Part shown: positions 27,690 through 40,993 of the stretch, in pieces | Layout: every line of letters starts with the position of its first letter | Position numbering within the stretch: the first letter of the stretch is position 1 | Origin: Cirrosporium novae-zelandiae | Lineage: Eukaryota | Length of the DNA stretch: 64,000 nucleotides | NCBI GenBank assembly: GCA_026023565.1 | Contig: JAPETS010000048.1 | Coordinates: 62,001 to 126,000 of the forward strand | Reading direction: 5' to 3' | Translations under genes and position numbers: made by a program | The notes under the pieces: model-generated | The model's input: only the letters and a program-made list of their open reading frames with translations | What the model was told of the DNA's origin: nothing | The model's database searches: none

Positions 27690-28697
27690 GATGCTGGCTC
27701 TGAGTTGTCAATGGCAATGAGCCTAAGAGAAAAAAAAAAGGATGATCTGCTGGAGTGCTGATGGTTGAACACTGGGGATGAAGAAGGTAAATCATCAACA
27801 GGGAGCGTGCTTTATATGTTTTCCAGTTTTCTAATTTTCCAATGGCCCGTGGGGGATGTGATCCAAACAACCGGGAACCGGGATATTCCCCAGACTAAGG
27901 CTAGAACGCGGAGAGAAATGAGGGAGGGCATATAACATGACAGATAACGGGGGTGGCTAGTGGAGAATGGGAAATTCTACGAGAGAACGTGGTTCTGTGA
28001 TCTGCTTGGTTCTTTTCTGTTACCATTTAGTCTTTTCGCTCTAAACAGGGATGGCCAAGAGCGGCGAAACTCGTCCAAAATAAGCTCAGCGGAGCGGAGA
28101 AATAGGGGTCGAGATAGGAGAGATTCACCGACCATTAACCAAATTCATCCCAGCGTCGGAGATACTTATTAGCGCTACTTCCGAAAATCGAGTAGCGCAT
28201 ATTGTTTTACCGCCGCTAATTATTAGGGAATTGCTAATCTCGCATCGTGAATCGTGAGATACTGAGGCTGGGCTCCCCTCAGCGACTGTGCATTCGTATA
28301 CATCATACTATAGATGAATATGATACCATCCTGTCGGCATAACTACAAGGTTTCACTCGATTCTTGAGAACGCTAAGTGATTTTCACACTTGTCAGTGTA
28401 TCTTTCAGATACTCGGAAGATGCTCACGTGCGGGGGATAACACCGCCATATCCTCGGCCCTCCCCACAACAGATCCTTGGGCCCGTTGCATGGAGCTGAG
28501 CTCTTATTCCGATGTTTTTCCAGGGCCGAGGACCATGACCTCCAGGTGAGCAAAAAGTAAAATCCGACCGATGTTGATGACGGAAGGTGTTAGAAATGGA
28601 GACACGGTTATCCCGTTGTAACACAATATGTAAATAAGAGCTCCCTCGAAGATCCATCTCAAAACATTTCTTCTACGCATGAGAATCTTCATCAACG
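27690..28697. promoter_or_regulatory. Bidirectional promoter of the transporter and GH3 genes, with CGG/SYGGRG-type elements
   Basis: Lies between divergent starts. GAACGCGGAGA at 27904, GCGGAGCGGAGAAATAGG at 28089-28106, and several SYGGRG hexamers. Confidence 0.5.
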
Positions 28698-31408
28698 ATG
28701 GCTAGTAACCTAGATATAGAAGAGCTGCTTTTGCAGTTGACTCTGGAGGAGAAGGTTGCTCTTCTAGCAGGTATGGAAAGAGCAATAAAAAACATCGAGG
28801 AAGATGATTGCTAACAGCAGTAGGAAAGGATTTTTGGCACACGACTAATATTCCCCGGCTTAATATCCCTTCGATACGACTCTCGGATGGCCCCAACGGT
28901 GTTCGCGGGACACACTTCTTCAATGGCGTCCAAGCCGCTTGCTTACCTTGCGGCACAGGCATTGCAGCGACTTTCGACACCGAGCTGGTACTGAAGATTG
29001 GAAATCTAATGGCAGCAGAAGCAAAAGCCAAAGGAGCGCACGTGATCCTGGGACCGACCATCAACATCCAGCGAGCACCGCTGGGAGGACGTGGTTTTGA
29101 ATCGTACTCGGAAGATCCCATCTTGGCGGGAACGTTAGCTGGGCACCTCTGTAAAGGCATTCAAGATGAAGGAATTGTGGCGACTCTCAAACACTTTGTA
29201 TGTAATGATCAAGAGCATGAGCGTATGGCAGTGAATACCATTGTAACGGAACGCGCTCTCCGTGAGATCTACCTCATGCCCTTCATGGTTGCAATCAAGC
29301 TATCGCACCCAGGTGCGATCATGACTGGATACAATCAGGTCAATGGGGTGCATATCGCGGAAAATGACCGTATTTTGGACGGTATCCTTAGAAAAGAATG
29401 GAAGTGGGACGGTCTAATTATGAGCGATTGGTAAGACTTTACATCTTTATTATTTCTTTTGGCTTCTCTCCAATGCTAACGGGTTACAATATTATAGGTT
29501 TGGTACCTACAGTACTTCATCAGCAATATGCGCCGGGCTCGACCTGGAAATGCCTGGACCAACACGCTGGCGCGGTTCGGCCCTATCGCATGCTGTTGTC
29601 GCAAACAAGGTCAAACAATTTCAGCTGGATGAGCGCGTCCGCGCTGTTCTCAAATTGATCAAGCGGTGCGGTGCATCTGGTGTGCCAGAGAACGCTACAG
29701 AGGCCAGACTAAATCGTGAAGAAGATAGGCTGTTGCTGCGGCAGGTTGCGGCCCAGTCGGTGGTTCTGCTGAAGAATGACAGCGGTATTCTACCTTTCCA
29801 GAAGTCCAAGCGGACTGTTGTCATCGGACCAAATGCCAAAATCACTACTTTTTGTGGTGGAGGCAGTGCTTCTCTGAACCCTTACTATACTGTCAGCCCA
29901 TTTGACGCCGTTCAGGCCAAATGTCTTGCCGACGTGGAATTCTCGCAAGGTGTTTATGCACACCAATCTCTGCCTCAGTTGGGCAGTGTGCTTCGAACAA
30001 TTGATGGAAAAAAAGGATTCACCCTGAGGGTCTACAATGAACCTCCTGAAACCAGCGAAAGGCGGATGATTGAAGACATGATACTCACTGATGCAGGAAT
30101 TTTCTTCCTCGACTACAACCATCCAAAACTTGCTCGGATCTGGTATGCCGAAGCAGAGGGCATATTTACGCCAGAAGAAAGCGGCATCTATGACTTCGGT
30201 CTCTGTGTGCAGGGCACCGGGAGGCTGTACATAGATGGCAAGCTTATTGTGGACAACGTCGCTAACCAGAAATCCGGCCCTAGTTTCCTAGGCGCTGGCA
30301 CGGTAGAAGAAGTTGGAACGAAAGAACTAGTCGCTGGGAAAGATTACAGGGTCGTCGTTCAATGGGGCTGTGGGAAAACAAGCACCTTGAAGGCCCCAGG
30401 GGTCGTGGATTTCGGACATGGGGGATTCCGATTCAGTGGCTGCAAGCAGCTGGAACCTCAACAGGCAATGGAGGAGGCGGCGAGGCTGGCCAAGACGGCA
30501 GACCAAGTGGTTATTTTTGCCGGTTTAAGCGGAGAGTGGGAAAGCGAGGGACAGGACCGAGAGCACATGGATCTGCCACCAGGCACCGATGACCTTATAT
30601 CCAAGGTCCTCGAGGCCAATCCGAAAACAGTAGTGGTCTTGCAAAGCGGCACACCGGTAGCAATGCCATGGGTCGATCAAGCCAGCTCCATCGTCCACGC
30701 ATGGTATGGAGGAAATGAAACAGGCAACGGCATCGCTAATGTTCTCTACGGAGATGTTAATCCAGTACGAATTCCCACCCCTAACAAAAAAGCCTACCCC
30801 CCTATCCTATAGCAACACAACAAAGCTAACCAATACACACACAGTCCGGCAAACTCCCCCTCACCTTCCCTCGTCGCCTCGAAGACAACCCAGCGTACCT
30901 AAACTACCGCTCAGAAGGCGGCCGGGTGCTCTACGGCGAAGACTCGTACGTCGGATACCGCTACTTCGACAAATGTTCCATCAAGCCGCTCTTCGCCTTC
31001 GGCCACGGGCTCTCCTACACCACCTTCTACTTCAGCCACGTCGCCGCCACCCTCAGTCCATCCTCTAACGACCTCACTATCACCACCACGCTCCGCAACA
31101 CCGGTACCCGCGCTGGTGCTGAAACAATCCAGGTATACATCTCCCCGCCAAAATCAGCGCGCGTCAACCGACCCGTTAAGGAACTGAAGGGGTTCAAGAA
31201 GGTGGTTTTGGATGCTGGGGCTGAGGCCGCCGTCGATGTTGTGTTGGATGTCAAGGCCGCCACGAGTTTTTGGGATGAGTATCAGGGGTCCTGGTGTAGT
31301 GAGGCGGGCACCTATAGGGTGCTGGCGGGGAATAGCAGTGCACTGGAGGCGGAGTTTGTAGAGACTAAATTTGAGGTGGAGAAGACGGGGTTCTGGGTTG
31401 GGTTGTGA
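28698..31408 (+). CDS. Intracellular GH3 beta-glucosidase with a PA14 insertion and an Fn3-like C-terminal domain
   Basis: Introns 28771-28823, 29431-29497 and 30765-30844. Motifs: [34 protein letters not shown] nucleophile, [22 protein letters not shown]. No signal peptide. Confidence 0.95.
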
Positions 31409-31755
31409 TTAGCATTTTTAGGAGTTAAGGGAGGGTTTAGAATTTGTTTTATGTCGTGATGATAATGTCAAGATATGTACATATGCACCACTATTACAAT
31501 TTTCGGGCTGTAAGAAGTTTATTGTCTAACTGTTCCGCCATGGGATTTTAATGTATAACAACGTCTTTTGTGTCTTCTTCCCTGTCTATTTCGCCTAGCT
31601 ACATGTGGCTAGGTGTGACGCACAGACCCTTTGAGGTTATCCCATCTACGACTCCAGGTTGACCTTAACAACATCCTTCAACAAAATAACACAGATCATT
31701 ATATCAGCTGCTCCCACTATATGAAGTAATTTTCTTGTCACTCTTTTTTGCAGAT

Positions 31756-33060
31756 TTATAAAAACTCTATATTTGTAGGCAAATTTACGCCATCGCCCCC
31801 CAAAAGCCATGTCATGGGGTTCGGGGGTGTGACTATGATCTTATCACCAGAACTCGGATCAATCTTCTCGGCCCATTCCTCCTTTTTCCATTTTCGCGTT
31901 GCAGAAGTGACAATGACCACATACGCGAGCACCGCCGTAGTGGACGACAAGTCGGACAAATTAACCTCAAACGAGTCTCAAGATCCTGTATGCCACTAAG
32001 TTTATGAACACAGTCTTGCTGGATCTTCAGAACTTGCTGGGGAATGGGTAAAAGTTCCCCTTCACATGTGGCTTTCCGGTGGCGCGTTTGCTCAAAATAC
32101 AAAGTCCATACCAGTGTCGCCTCGAGTGGGTTCTCGGAATTTTCCATCCGGCGCTGCAAATTCGATCCATGGCCAGGACCAAGAAGGTTCCGGCCAGCTA
32201 TCTGATTCATGGAAGCAGCCCTATCTGATGCTCTCGCCCTCTTTGAAAACTGTTGAACAGAGGTATGAATTCGACACTACCATCGTTTTCGAAAACCATA
32301 ATAAGCTCCCATGCAAGAGCTCTTTGGAACGAAAACTTCCCAGCCGAAGGGGTAATTCGCACAGCAGGCATGCGCTCTGACATGGACAGCGCCATTACTT
32401 CCCCACCTTCAGAAGGCTCCAAAATAACTTCTTTGAAAAATATATACGAAATGTCCTGTCGGAAGTCGGAAAAGGCCATTTTTATGCTTGTCGGTGTGGC
32501 TCCTAGGGCTAGTGCAATGCACGCAAAGACTTGCCATTCACAAACAAGGTATGTTATGTCTGCTTTCAAGCTAGAATCAACCACACAGCGCCGTTGCTTC
32601 TGTGAATGCTTATCTAAGGGTATAAAAAGTTGGAGCAAACCCATCCATGATGCACTGAGACCATCATCATTCAAAAAGCCAAAATCTTTCCTTTGACTTG
32701 GGACTTGTCCAGATTTCAAACTTGCAAGAAGCGTGGTATATAATAAGGTGAGCTCATTACTCGAACAGGTGACCGTGCCGCCGACCGGGTCAACGTTGAA
32801 GTGCACCAAACTCTTAGCTGTATCAGGCAGTGATATGGCGTGGCGAGGCGTCGCCAGATGATAAGACTCTTTAGGAGGTTATATATTAACGGGAGGACTG
32901 GACAGACTATAGAAACAGCGAAGAAACCTTCAATACATGCTTAAATAGTGCATACCTCCAAATACTGCAAGCGGAGCCCCAATATAGGTTATCTATTGCC
33001 ACTATTAACGCTATCCAATTTATAACGCGTGTCACATACAATGTCCGGCACCGATGCCAT
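31756..33060 (-). pseudogene. Frameshifted gene for a fungal protein with an N-terminal TM helix (..DIITYIGAPLAVFGVLPLIYN..)
   Basis: ATG at 33060, then two short introns (GTATGT and GTATGC donors). The coding frame must shift near ~32850, ~32245 and ~31970 to link ORFs 32207-32809, 31833-32210 and 31756-31959. Confidence 0.6.
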
Positions 33061-33591
33061 TTTGTGGGTAAAGAAGTACAAAAATTGTGAATCGATTGAA
33101 GCAGTTGATGTTTAGTAGAAGATCCCTTATGATTGAAAGGTTTATACGCATATTTGTATTAGGTATGTGATGAAAGTTTTGGATTTCTTTTATGATAATC
33201 ATGCCAAACCATCTATTCCGGGCACATATACTGCGCATTTACTATACAAGGCAACAGGGTAAGGCCTAGAATATGCTTATAGATAATTACTAACTATTTA
33301 TTGGAAACATACTCGCTTAATTGCAGTGTCTCGCTGAAGTTGGCACCCGATGCAGTCTGTCCTCAGTTACGCCCTTATCCTACGGCCGAGTATCTAGTCA
33401 TGCCTACGCACGTTCTGCAAGGCAATATCCAATTTGAGTTTTATTTAAACATATATATGAACTTATAGCCCAATCACGCGGTCTCCGCTAAGGTCTCCGC
33501 TTAAAACCCATGTAAGGCTGGGTTAGACTAATCTCCAAGGTGGTCAGATGGCAGCCGTATCACATTTCAGCCTTACTATTACAGCTTCCCT

Positions 33592-36500
33592 ATGAAGGGC
33601 CATAAAGACCTTAAAAGGCTTTTGAAACCCATCATCTCTTCACGTGTTTGTGTACTTAAGAGCGCTATTAACATCGTAGTTGCTGCTATAGACGGGCGAA
33701 TGAACAACAATTCCGCTGCTCTTATGCATTTTCCAGGGGACGATCCAAACGAGATGTGGTCAAGGACTCTGCAAGACAACCTCAATTCATTTAGGAAACT
33801 GCTTTCTAGCTGTGACGATGCCTATGATCTCTTAACAGCTTATGACGCAGCTAATGAATTAGCATTTGACCAATTTATCAAAAGAGCAAATCAAACCCAA
33901 TCTAAGATCAACCCGGAAGTAATTGGCCGTATTACAAATGTTTTCGGGACGCTCATCACAACCGCTCAAAGTATTGGAACAGCACAATACAATTTGAATC
34001 AACTATATGGAGTGTTGCAATGTAGCTATTCAGTCGGTTACACAATTGGCAAAGGGTCTAGGAGAGCTGCGGAGAAGTTAGAATCTATTGGCAGTTGGAC
34101 AACCAAGTTCCAAGCATCAGACTTCGAAATTGTGCCAGTGCACATAGTCTGGGACCATCTTGCCTGGTTTTCTTCTGAAGTGGTGCGCTTCTTCGGGAAA
34201 CTGGTTTCTTGCCGTACGGTACCCAGCGCTACCTCATGCTAGTAAATATTGACATTGCATAGGAACACCCGACGAAATTTTCTTTCTCAAACCACCTGAC
34301 CTTCAGTTACGACGTATCTGCGAATTACTGCAGGAAGAAGTCGCGAAGAGGCAGAATAAAGGTATTGGGCAAAAACAAGAGGAAGATTTACGCGAGAGAG
34401 CTAAAACGGAGGAGATAAACCGTCAGAACAAGGAAATTGAAAAAGTCGCCTTGTGACTGAAAAGACTCATGCCACAGACTAAAAATAATCGACATGCCGC
34501 ATTGTCGAATGCTCGACAAAGAGGTACAGGCAGATTGTATAGTGAGGAGCAACAAAAATGTGTTCTGGGCTGAGAGTGAACCCGGGGTTGGGAAGAGTAT
34601 CATTGCCTCCACTATAATTGACCAAGTTAAGGACTTGTTGGAACAGAATGCACCGCCCTCGGACATGACAAAAAACACCATCAAAAGCGATAGTGGCTCA
34701 GCATTGAAAATCAGTGCTATCGCATACATCTATTTTGCTTTCGACGAGCGTGATAACCAACGGCTAGAGTCTGTATATGCTCATTTACTACTTCAGCTAT
34801 ACCCTAAGGTCGACTCGTTAATGGAGCCATTGAGCAGACTTTACAAGGTTCAAGAGGGTTATAATGAACCGCCGTCTGCGGCGCAACTTCTAGGGATCCT
34901 GAAAACTCTCCCACCCACAGTGCTCTTTGTCTTCGATGCATTAGACGAAACGCTTCTAGTGATTCGTGATAATATTTGCTCTTGGGTTTCAACGATTGGG
35001 ATGTCCTCTTCCCGGCTACTTATATTTACTAGGACGGATGTGCAAAAACCAGAACTCTCATAGAAAGCCTTAAGAACTCTGAGGATTGAGGCTCGCGAGG
35101 ACGACATGGAGAGCTTCGTTAGAAGCAGGATCAAAGACAATAAAGGTGCTCAAAAACGAATTCAATCAACTCTTGGCGAGGATAGTGAAAGGTGGACAAC
35201 GGCACGAGTCAAAGAGATACTTAGTAGCTCTCAGCGGATGTAAGGAATTTTCTAGTATATTTTACGTCGTACTAATGTGAGACAGGTTCTTGCTTGTTGT
35301 TTTCCGAGTTCAGGATTTCTGCACACAACAGACAGTTACAGGCATGGAGCAAGCGGCGAAAAGGTCCGATTCCAACCCTGGCGAGTTCTATACACGTATA
35401 CTGGTGCAGATCAAATCGCAGCCATCTGAACAGGCAGAACTTGCTTTTAGAGTACTTGCGTGGCTTACCTTTACAAAAATTTCGATAGATGCTAAGGAAC
35501 TTGCCGAAGCGTTAGCAATAAAACCCGGGATTTACAACATCGATCCGAAGGATACCGCTCTTGTGGAAGATATGGAAAGAAATTGTCGAGGTCTAGTTGT
35601 TCTTGATATGCAAGATGGGTATGAATGCCTCCGACTTGCTCATCAGACAATACAAGAATATTTCTCAGCCCTACATGAATTTCAAAAATTTAAAGAAAAT
35701 ATTTGCTGTTCGCTTTTTACGTATCTTACATACGTGTCCAGATCAAGTATTAGGGTCGAAGATGAAGACGAAGGTGAAGGTGAAGACGAAGATGAAGATG
35801 ATTCGGCAGTGAATGCTCTGACCGAGGAAATGTTAAGTAGTTATTCGGATGAAATCGATGATGACATGACCCACAGCCTTACCCTCTCTAGCAATAGCTA
35901 GGAAGATCCAACAACATTTAATGAATTAGCCCGAATCGATCCCTTAAATCACGATTTCGATTTTGGTAGTCCGGACAGCGAGGAGGTATTCGGGGAAACT
36001 GCAAACACCTCAGCACCCCGAGAACGAATAGTTGCATGGGACGATGAAAATGCTGAAGATTCCGAAGGAGGAAAGCTTGCCTCGTATTCCGAGTCAGGTT
36101 TTTCTCACCAGGTCGACCAGGTTCGGCATATGTCATACTATTATTTCAATGAAGAATATCTTTTTGATTATGAAGATGAGTATCGTGGAGTTGCTGTGCG
36201 TACTATATGGCCGCGAAAGTTGCTGAAAATATTTCCACAAACCTTGCTACAATGGACCTTGATCCGGGAGCGGCCGTTATTATTTTACACTGGCGAATAT
36301 TCACTTGTACATCTGCAAGATATCAGCTATGCATCCCTACTGGCCGATACTACCACCCACACCAATAATAGCTCCATTACAAGGGAGGTAGAGCGTTTTG
36401 TTAAAGCAATGTTTCCGTTACGTCGACAAACCACATTATCGACTGAGACGAATAGTTCAGAACTAGGTCGATATGGCATTACAAGGACTCATCTTGCAGT

Positions 36501-39500
36501 ATTTATTGGGTTGCGGTCGGTTTTAATGCAAGTTCTAAATCATCCTGATGTGAGGATCAATTCGACCGATAGATTCGGTAGAACTGCACTTCTATGGGCA
36601 CTATATATGAATAAAGATGATCTTGCCGATTATCTAATCACCAGAGGTGCTGATGTAACCGTTAAAGACCGCGATGAGGATATGGCTATTTACTATACGT
36701 CCAAATCTACGAAAAGAGATGTACTAAGATAGATTGTCGAGAAAACGTCCCGGGAAAATCTCGATGGGAGAGCTTTGCAGTTTGCGATATAAAAAACGAA
36801 CATGGATCTTCTTGAGATACTACTTGAGCGCGGAGTCTCGCCGAACTATGGGGTTGATGGTATCAGCAACTCAGCACTACATGATGCTGCGTTGCTTGCT
36901 CAGGGAGCGATGTTGGGTCCCCTGCTCTCTTCAGGGGCTGAAATATCCGCACGAGATGGGAAAGAGAGGACAGTTCTACATATTTGCTGTCAGTTTGGTT
37001 TGTTTGAATCTGGAAAAATGTTACTAAGACAGAATGTGGATCCTAACCAGGTGGACAATAACATGCTCACTCCACTACATTATGTAGCCGGCGTTGAAAT
37101 CGGTGACAAGGAAGAAGATTGTTTGAGCTTGACAAAGCGCCTCATCAAAAAGAGGGCTATCTGCTTGGTACAAGATCGTCAAGGCCGAACCCCATTGATG
37201 CAGTTCTTGACTCGGAATAAACAGATGAGCAAAGCAAAAAAGATATCTATGCTTAAACTAATTTGCCCTAGTTCTAGCGCTGTGCTCTGTCAAAATAAAG
37301 ACAACGCGAATGCCTTACGTCTCGCTACTCAGTGGCATGATTATTCAGTTATGTCATACCTCCTAGAACTTATACATGGTGCTGGCATGGACACTCATGA
37401 TGAGGTTGGCTGCTTTCCATTGTATTTGGCATTTAACCAACGTGACAAAAAGCTCATGAAGCTTGTGCTCGAACTCAACCCCCCACCTCTGAAAAATTTA
37501 GTATACGAAGGTCAGTCGATATTGGACCAAGCTATCATTCACGGAAACAAAGCTATTGTACAAAAAACTTTGGAGCTTGCACCATCATTGATCAATCCAA
37601 CAGACGATATGGACCATGCGCCATTGATTACAGCAGCAAATCATACCAAGGTTGAAATATTCAGGATCTTGCTTGAACAAGGTTGTAATGTATTTTTTGC
37701 TTGTGCAGATAGAAGTGTGGTCTTCCATCAAGTTTGTAAAATGGGGAATGTTGAAATGGCTCAACTTCTAATAAGGTATAAAGCTTGGCTGCACCCTTAC
37801 CCGGAAAAAGGTACAGAGCCAATTCGTGATATAGTCAATGAGACTGTCCTGCATAGTGGGGCGCAGAGTTTGTCACCAACTCTAATTCAGATCCTTCTCC
37901 AGCTACCAGGTCTCAATGTCAATGACACGAACGCTGTAGGGGAGACAGCTCGCATCTTTGTGTCCGGCATGGCACTTCAGCGGGCCTGAAACTCCTTCAG
38001 GCTGGAGCCCTAGTGAATGAATTAAATAACGCAGGAAAGTCTGCCCTAGACTTCGCCCTCAAAAGGGGAGATCCTGCTATACTGGAGGTCTTGTTTGGGT
38101 CTCGCCCTATTCCAGGTCTCTTGTGGCCCGAAATGTCCCCAGAAATCGTCAGATGGGTTAAGTATCCGTGGTTTCGTTTATTAGAGCCTTTCCAAGGTGA
38201 TGCCATGTCTCAACCAAAGAGCAAATTCAAGCGCGATCCAGGCTGGCGAGTTCACAAGGCTCGCACAACGAAGTACGGCCGATTTTCAGAGAACTCTCCT
38301 GACGTCCCCTACCTGAACTTTGCGGTTCCTGGTTCTGGCACATCACGAGTACGCCGAATTATATTTAAGGCCATTTCACATGATCAAGGCAAGTTCTCCA
38401 TGACAATTTGATTTTCTTGTCTAATTAATTAGCAGCTTTCAGCTGGGAAGAGGAGACGTGGGGACAAACATTTCAGCACTCATGGACATGGTTTGAAGCT
38501 GGTGTAGCTGGAATGCAGAGCATGAGGACTGCGAGACCTTTGGAATTACCACGCCGAACCATCCATCGCAATGTTCACGCATCTGGCAGATATTATCAAC
38601 GCATTACCATTTGGGATTATAGGGACCCAGAGCCTGGATTGCGGTCTTGGCTAGCTTCCATTAACCCGGGGGATATCGTAAGCATTTATGTAAAAGCATT
38701 GTATGGTGCTTGGGAGAATCATGTAAAAGAGGTGGAGATACTCCTATACTACGAAGAGACCCCGTCTTTGATCACGCCCAGGTCACCCTTGAGGAGTAAG
38801 GATTCCCCTGGCTTTTTATTACCCAGCCAGCGTCATTCGCCCAAAATCATTTCTTACATTCAGACACATCATACGGATTCAGGATCCCCAATCTCCCTCC
38901 GCCCACTGGCCGATAAAGGCACTAGTGTTACCACGTGATCATAGCAGCAGTACACCTCAATGAAAACCCTGAAGAAATAACGTTGAATGACGATCCTCCT
39001 AGTTCAAAAAAGTATAACACTCTCCGGGATGACATTATTTACCTCCAAAATGCAAAGATCAAAGTCCTCGCAATGCTCGGTGGCGCAGCCCGTGGCTCTT
39101 TCAAAAGACTCGACGGCGACCCGGAGAGTTTCATCAAATTCTACTACCCCCTTCGCAGATTTCTCAAAATCCATAAATTCGACGGCATTGATCTCGATAT
39201 TGAGGAGCCGATGCCACTAGATGGAGTCACCCGTCTCATTGATCAGCTCCGTCTCGACTTTGGACCTGTATTTCTAATCACACTTGCGCCCGTAGCCACG
39301 GCTTTGCACAACTCAAACAGCCTATCCGGATTCGACTACGAGCTATTAGAGCTATGACTTGGACACGAAATCGCGTGGTAAAACACCCAATTCTACTGTG
39401 GATGGAGTCGATCGCAACCAGAGTCGTACGCAAACATCGCAAGACGTGGCTGGCCACTGCACAAAGTCATCTTGGGACGATCGACCAACCCGGAAACACA

Positions 39501-39945
39501 TGGGTATACGTCCATCGACGACCTTGATCAAATACTAGCGAAAATCGCAAATGATATTCCCGATAGCCATCTAAACTTTGGCGGGGTGATGGGCTGGGAG
39601 TATTTCAACTCCATGCCCGGTGGAACAGACCGTCCCTGGGAATGGGCCTCATCGGTCTCGTCTTTAATTAAGAAGCACTTTGATCAGAATACAAACCCGC
39701 CAAGCCCAAACAAGAACGATAACGTTACGGTAGGTCTGATGGCATCAGAGGTGTCCAAGATCGCGCATGCTCCCGTGGATGATACCGTCAATGTTGAAAT
39801 GAAGGTTATTGATCATTCTGGAATTCATAATGTGGGAAGGAGAGATGATAATGATGATGAACAAGGTCGGAATAATGACGAAAATGGTGGAAATTTTGGA
39901 AATGATGATGTTGTCTCTATGGAAATGAAAATTGTGAAGAAATGA
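33592..39945 (+). pseudogene. NLR-like pseudogene: helical N-terminal domain - NACHT - winged helix - acidic linker - ankyrin repeats - HDQG/SWTWFE domain - GH18 domain
   Basis: Walker A EPGVGKS, Walker B LFVFDALDE, M|FLLV across intron ~35240-35285, RLAHQTIQEYF, ankyrin motifs (GRTALLWA, LTPLHY, GRTPL, GKSALD), GH18 FDGIDLDIEE and GGVMGWEY. In-frame stops at 34454, 35061, 35899, 36730, 36790, 39355 and 39379; frameshifts near 34540, 37950 and 38930. Confidence 0.85.
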
Positions 39946-40794
39946 CCAAAAGAAAAGGGGAGGGGGTGAGGGAGGGAATGCCCTTGACTGCTCTTAATAG
40001 CGCATTACTACAGGCTCCGCTACTATTTATTGGGAGGAGGAGGCCAACAAACTCTTTTTATCCATAGGAGAGTCCTCCCTCTTTCCTCCAAAATTTAGCA
40101 AAAAAGAATTCTATTCCTTCGTTAAGTCCCATGAGCAAAAAGTTTTTTTACCAAAACAAGAAACTTTCCGCCCATCATTTTATTTAATTACTTATGCACA
40201 AGTTACTCCATTCTACTACATTCTATATTCTATACCCTTTAATTAAACTAAAAAGGAACGTGTGTGGGATAATTATCTATTACTTATTTACCTACCTACT
40301 TACTTACTTGAGCGGATGCCACCACCCAGTGTTAGTACAGTACAGTACAGTACAGTATTATATCTATATATATATATATAATCTAGCTATGCCGTAAAAA
40401 CCACAATCACAATCACAACTACCTATAAAAAAATAACCCCCCCTCCCCCCTCCCCCCTCACTTCACCCCACCTTACACCATTACATACATATCGTATGTT
40501 TCCGCCCCTAACATCCTTACACCTTGCTTTAATTAAAATCCACAATCCCTAAATTCCCAAAAGCAAAATAATAGATAACTAGATTTTTGGGTTTTTTAGT
40601 TCGTTAAGAAAGGGGAAAGAAGAAGAAACCAAAATAACCAAACAACTAAACAACGAAACATACGTAGCTGTGATTTGGTGTTGGGGGAGATATATGTAAT
40701 TATGTATCTAGACTATAGCGTATCACTTAGCTGTACTATGACGATTATATATATAGGATTTTGTAAAAGAGGATGGATAGATAAATCTAGTGTG

Positions 40795-40831
40795 TATGTA
40801 TGTATGTATGTATGTATGTATGTATGTATGT
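40795..40831. repeat. (TATG)n microsatellite in a low-complexity intergenic region
   Basis: Directly visible; (CAGTA)n and (TA)n are nearby at ~40335-40380. Confidence 0.9.
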
Positions 40832-40993
40832 ATATAGTAGCTATATATTTTCCCAAGCATCATTCAACGAATATACAATCCCTTCTTTCTATCCACCACT
40901 TACTACTACCGCCAACCCCTCCCCCACACCCCACACCAATTTCCCCAGAAATTATATCCATCCCTCTTCCTTCCCTCCCTTCCCACAACTCCC

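Noticed and set aside
34454..39381. A-to-I editing or stop-codon readthrough rescuing the NLR-like gene
   Set aside because: The stops are a mix of TGA, TAG and TAA, one replaces a conserved Tyr (W-Y-N), and three frameshifts are present. Editing could not restore the frame.
33592..39945. Pure RIP inactivation of the NLR-like gene
   Set aside because: Some stops fit C-to-T or G-to-A changes, but the indels and a TAY-to-TAA transversion point to general decay. RIP indices were not computed.
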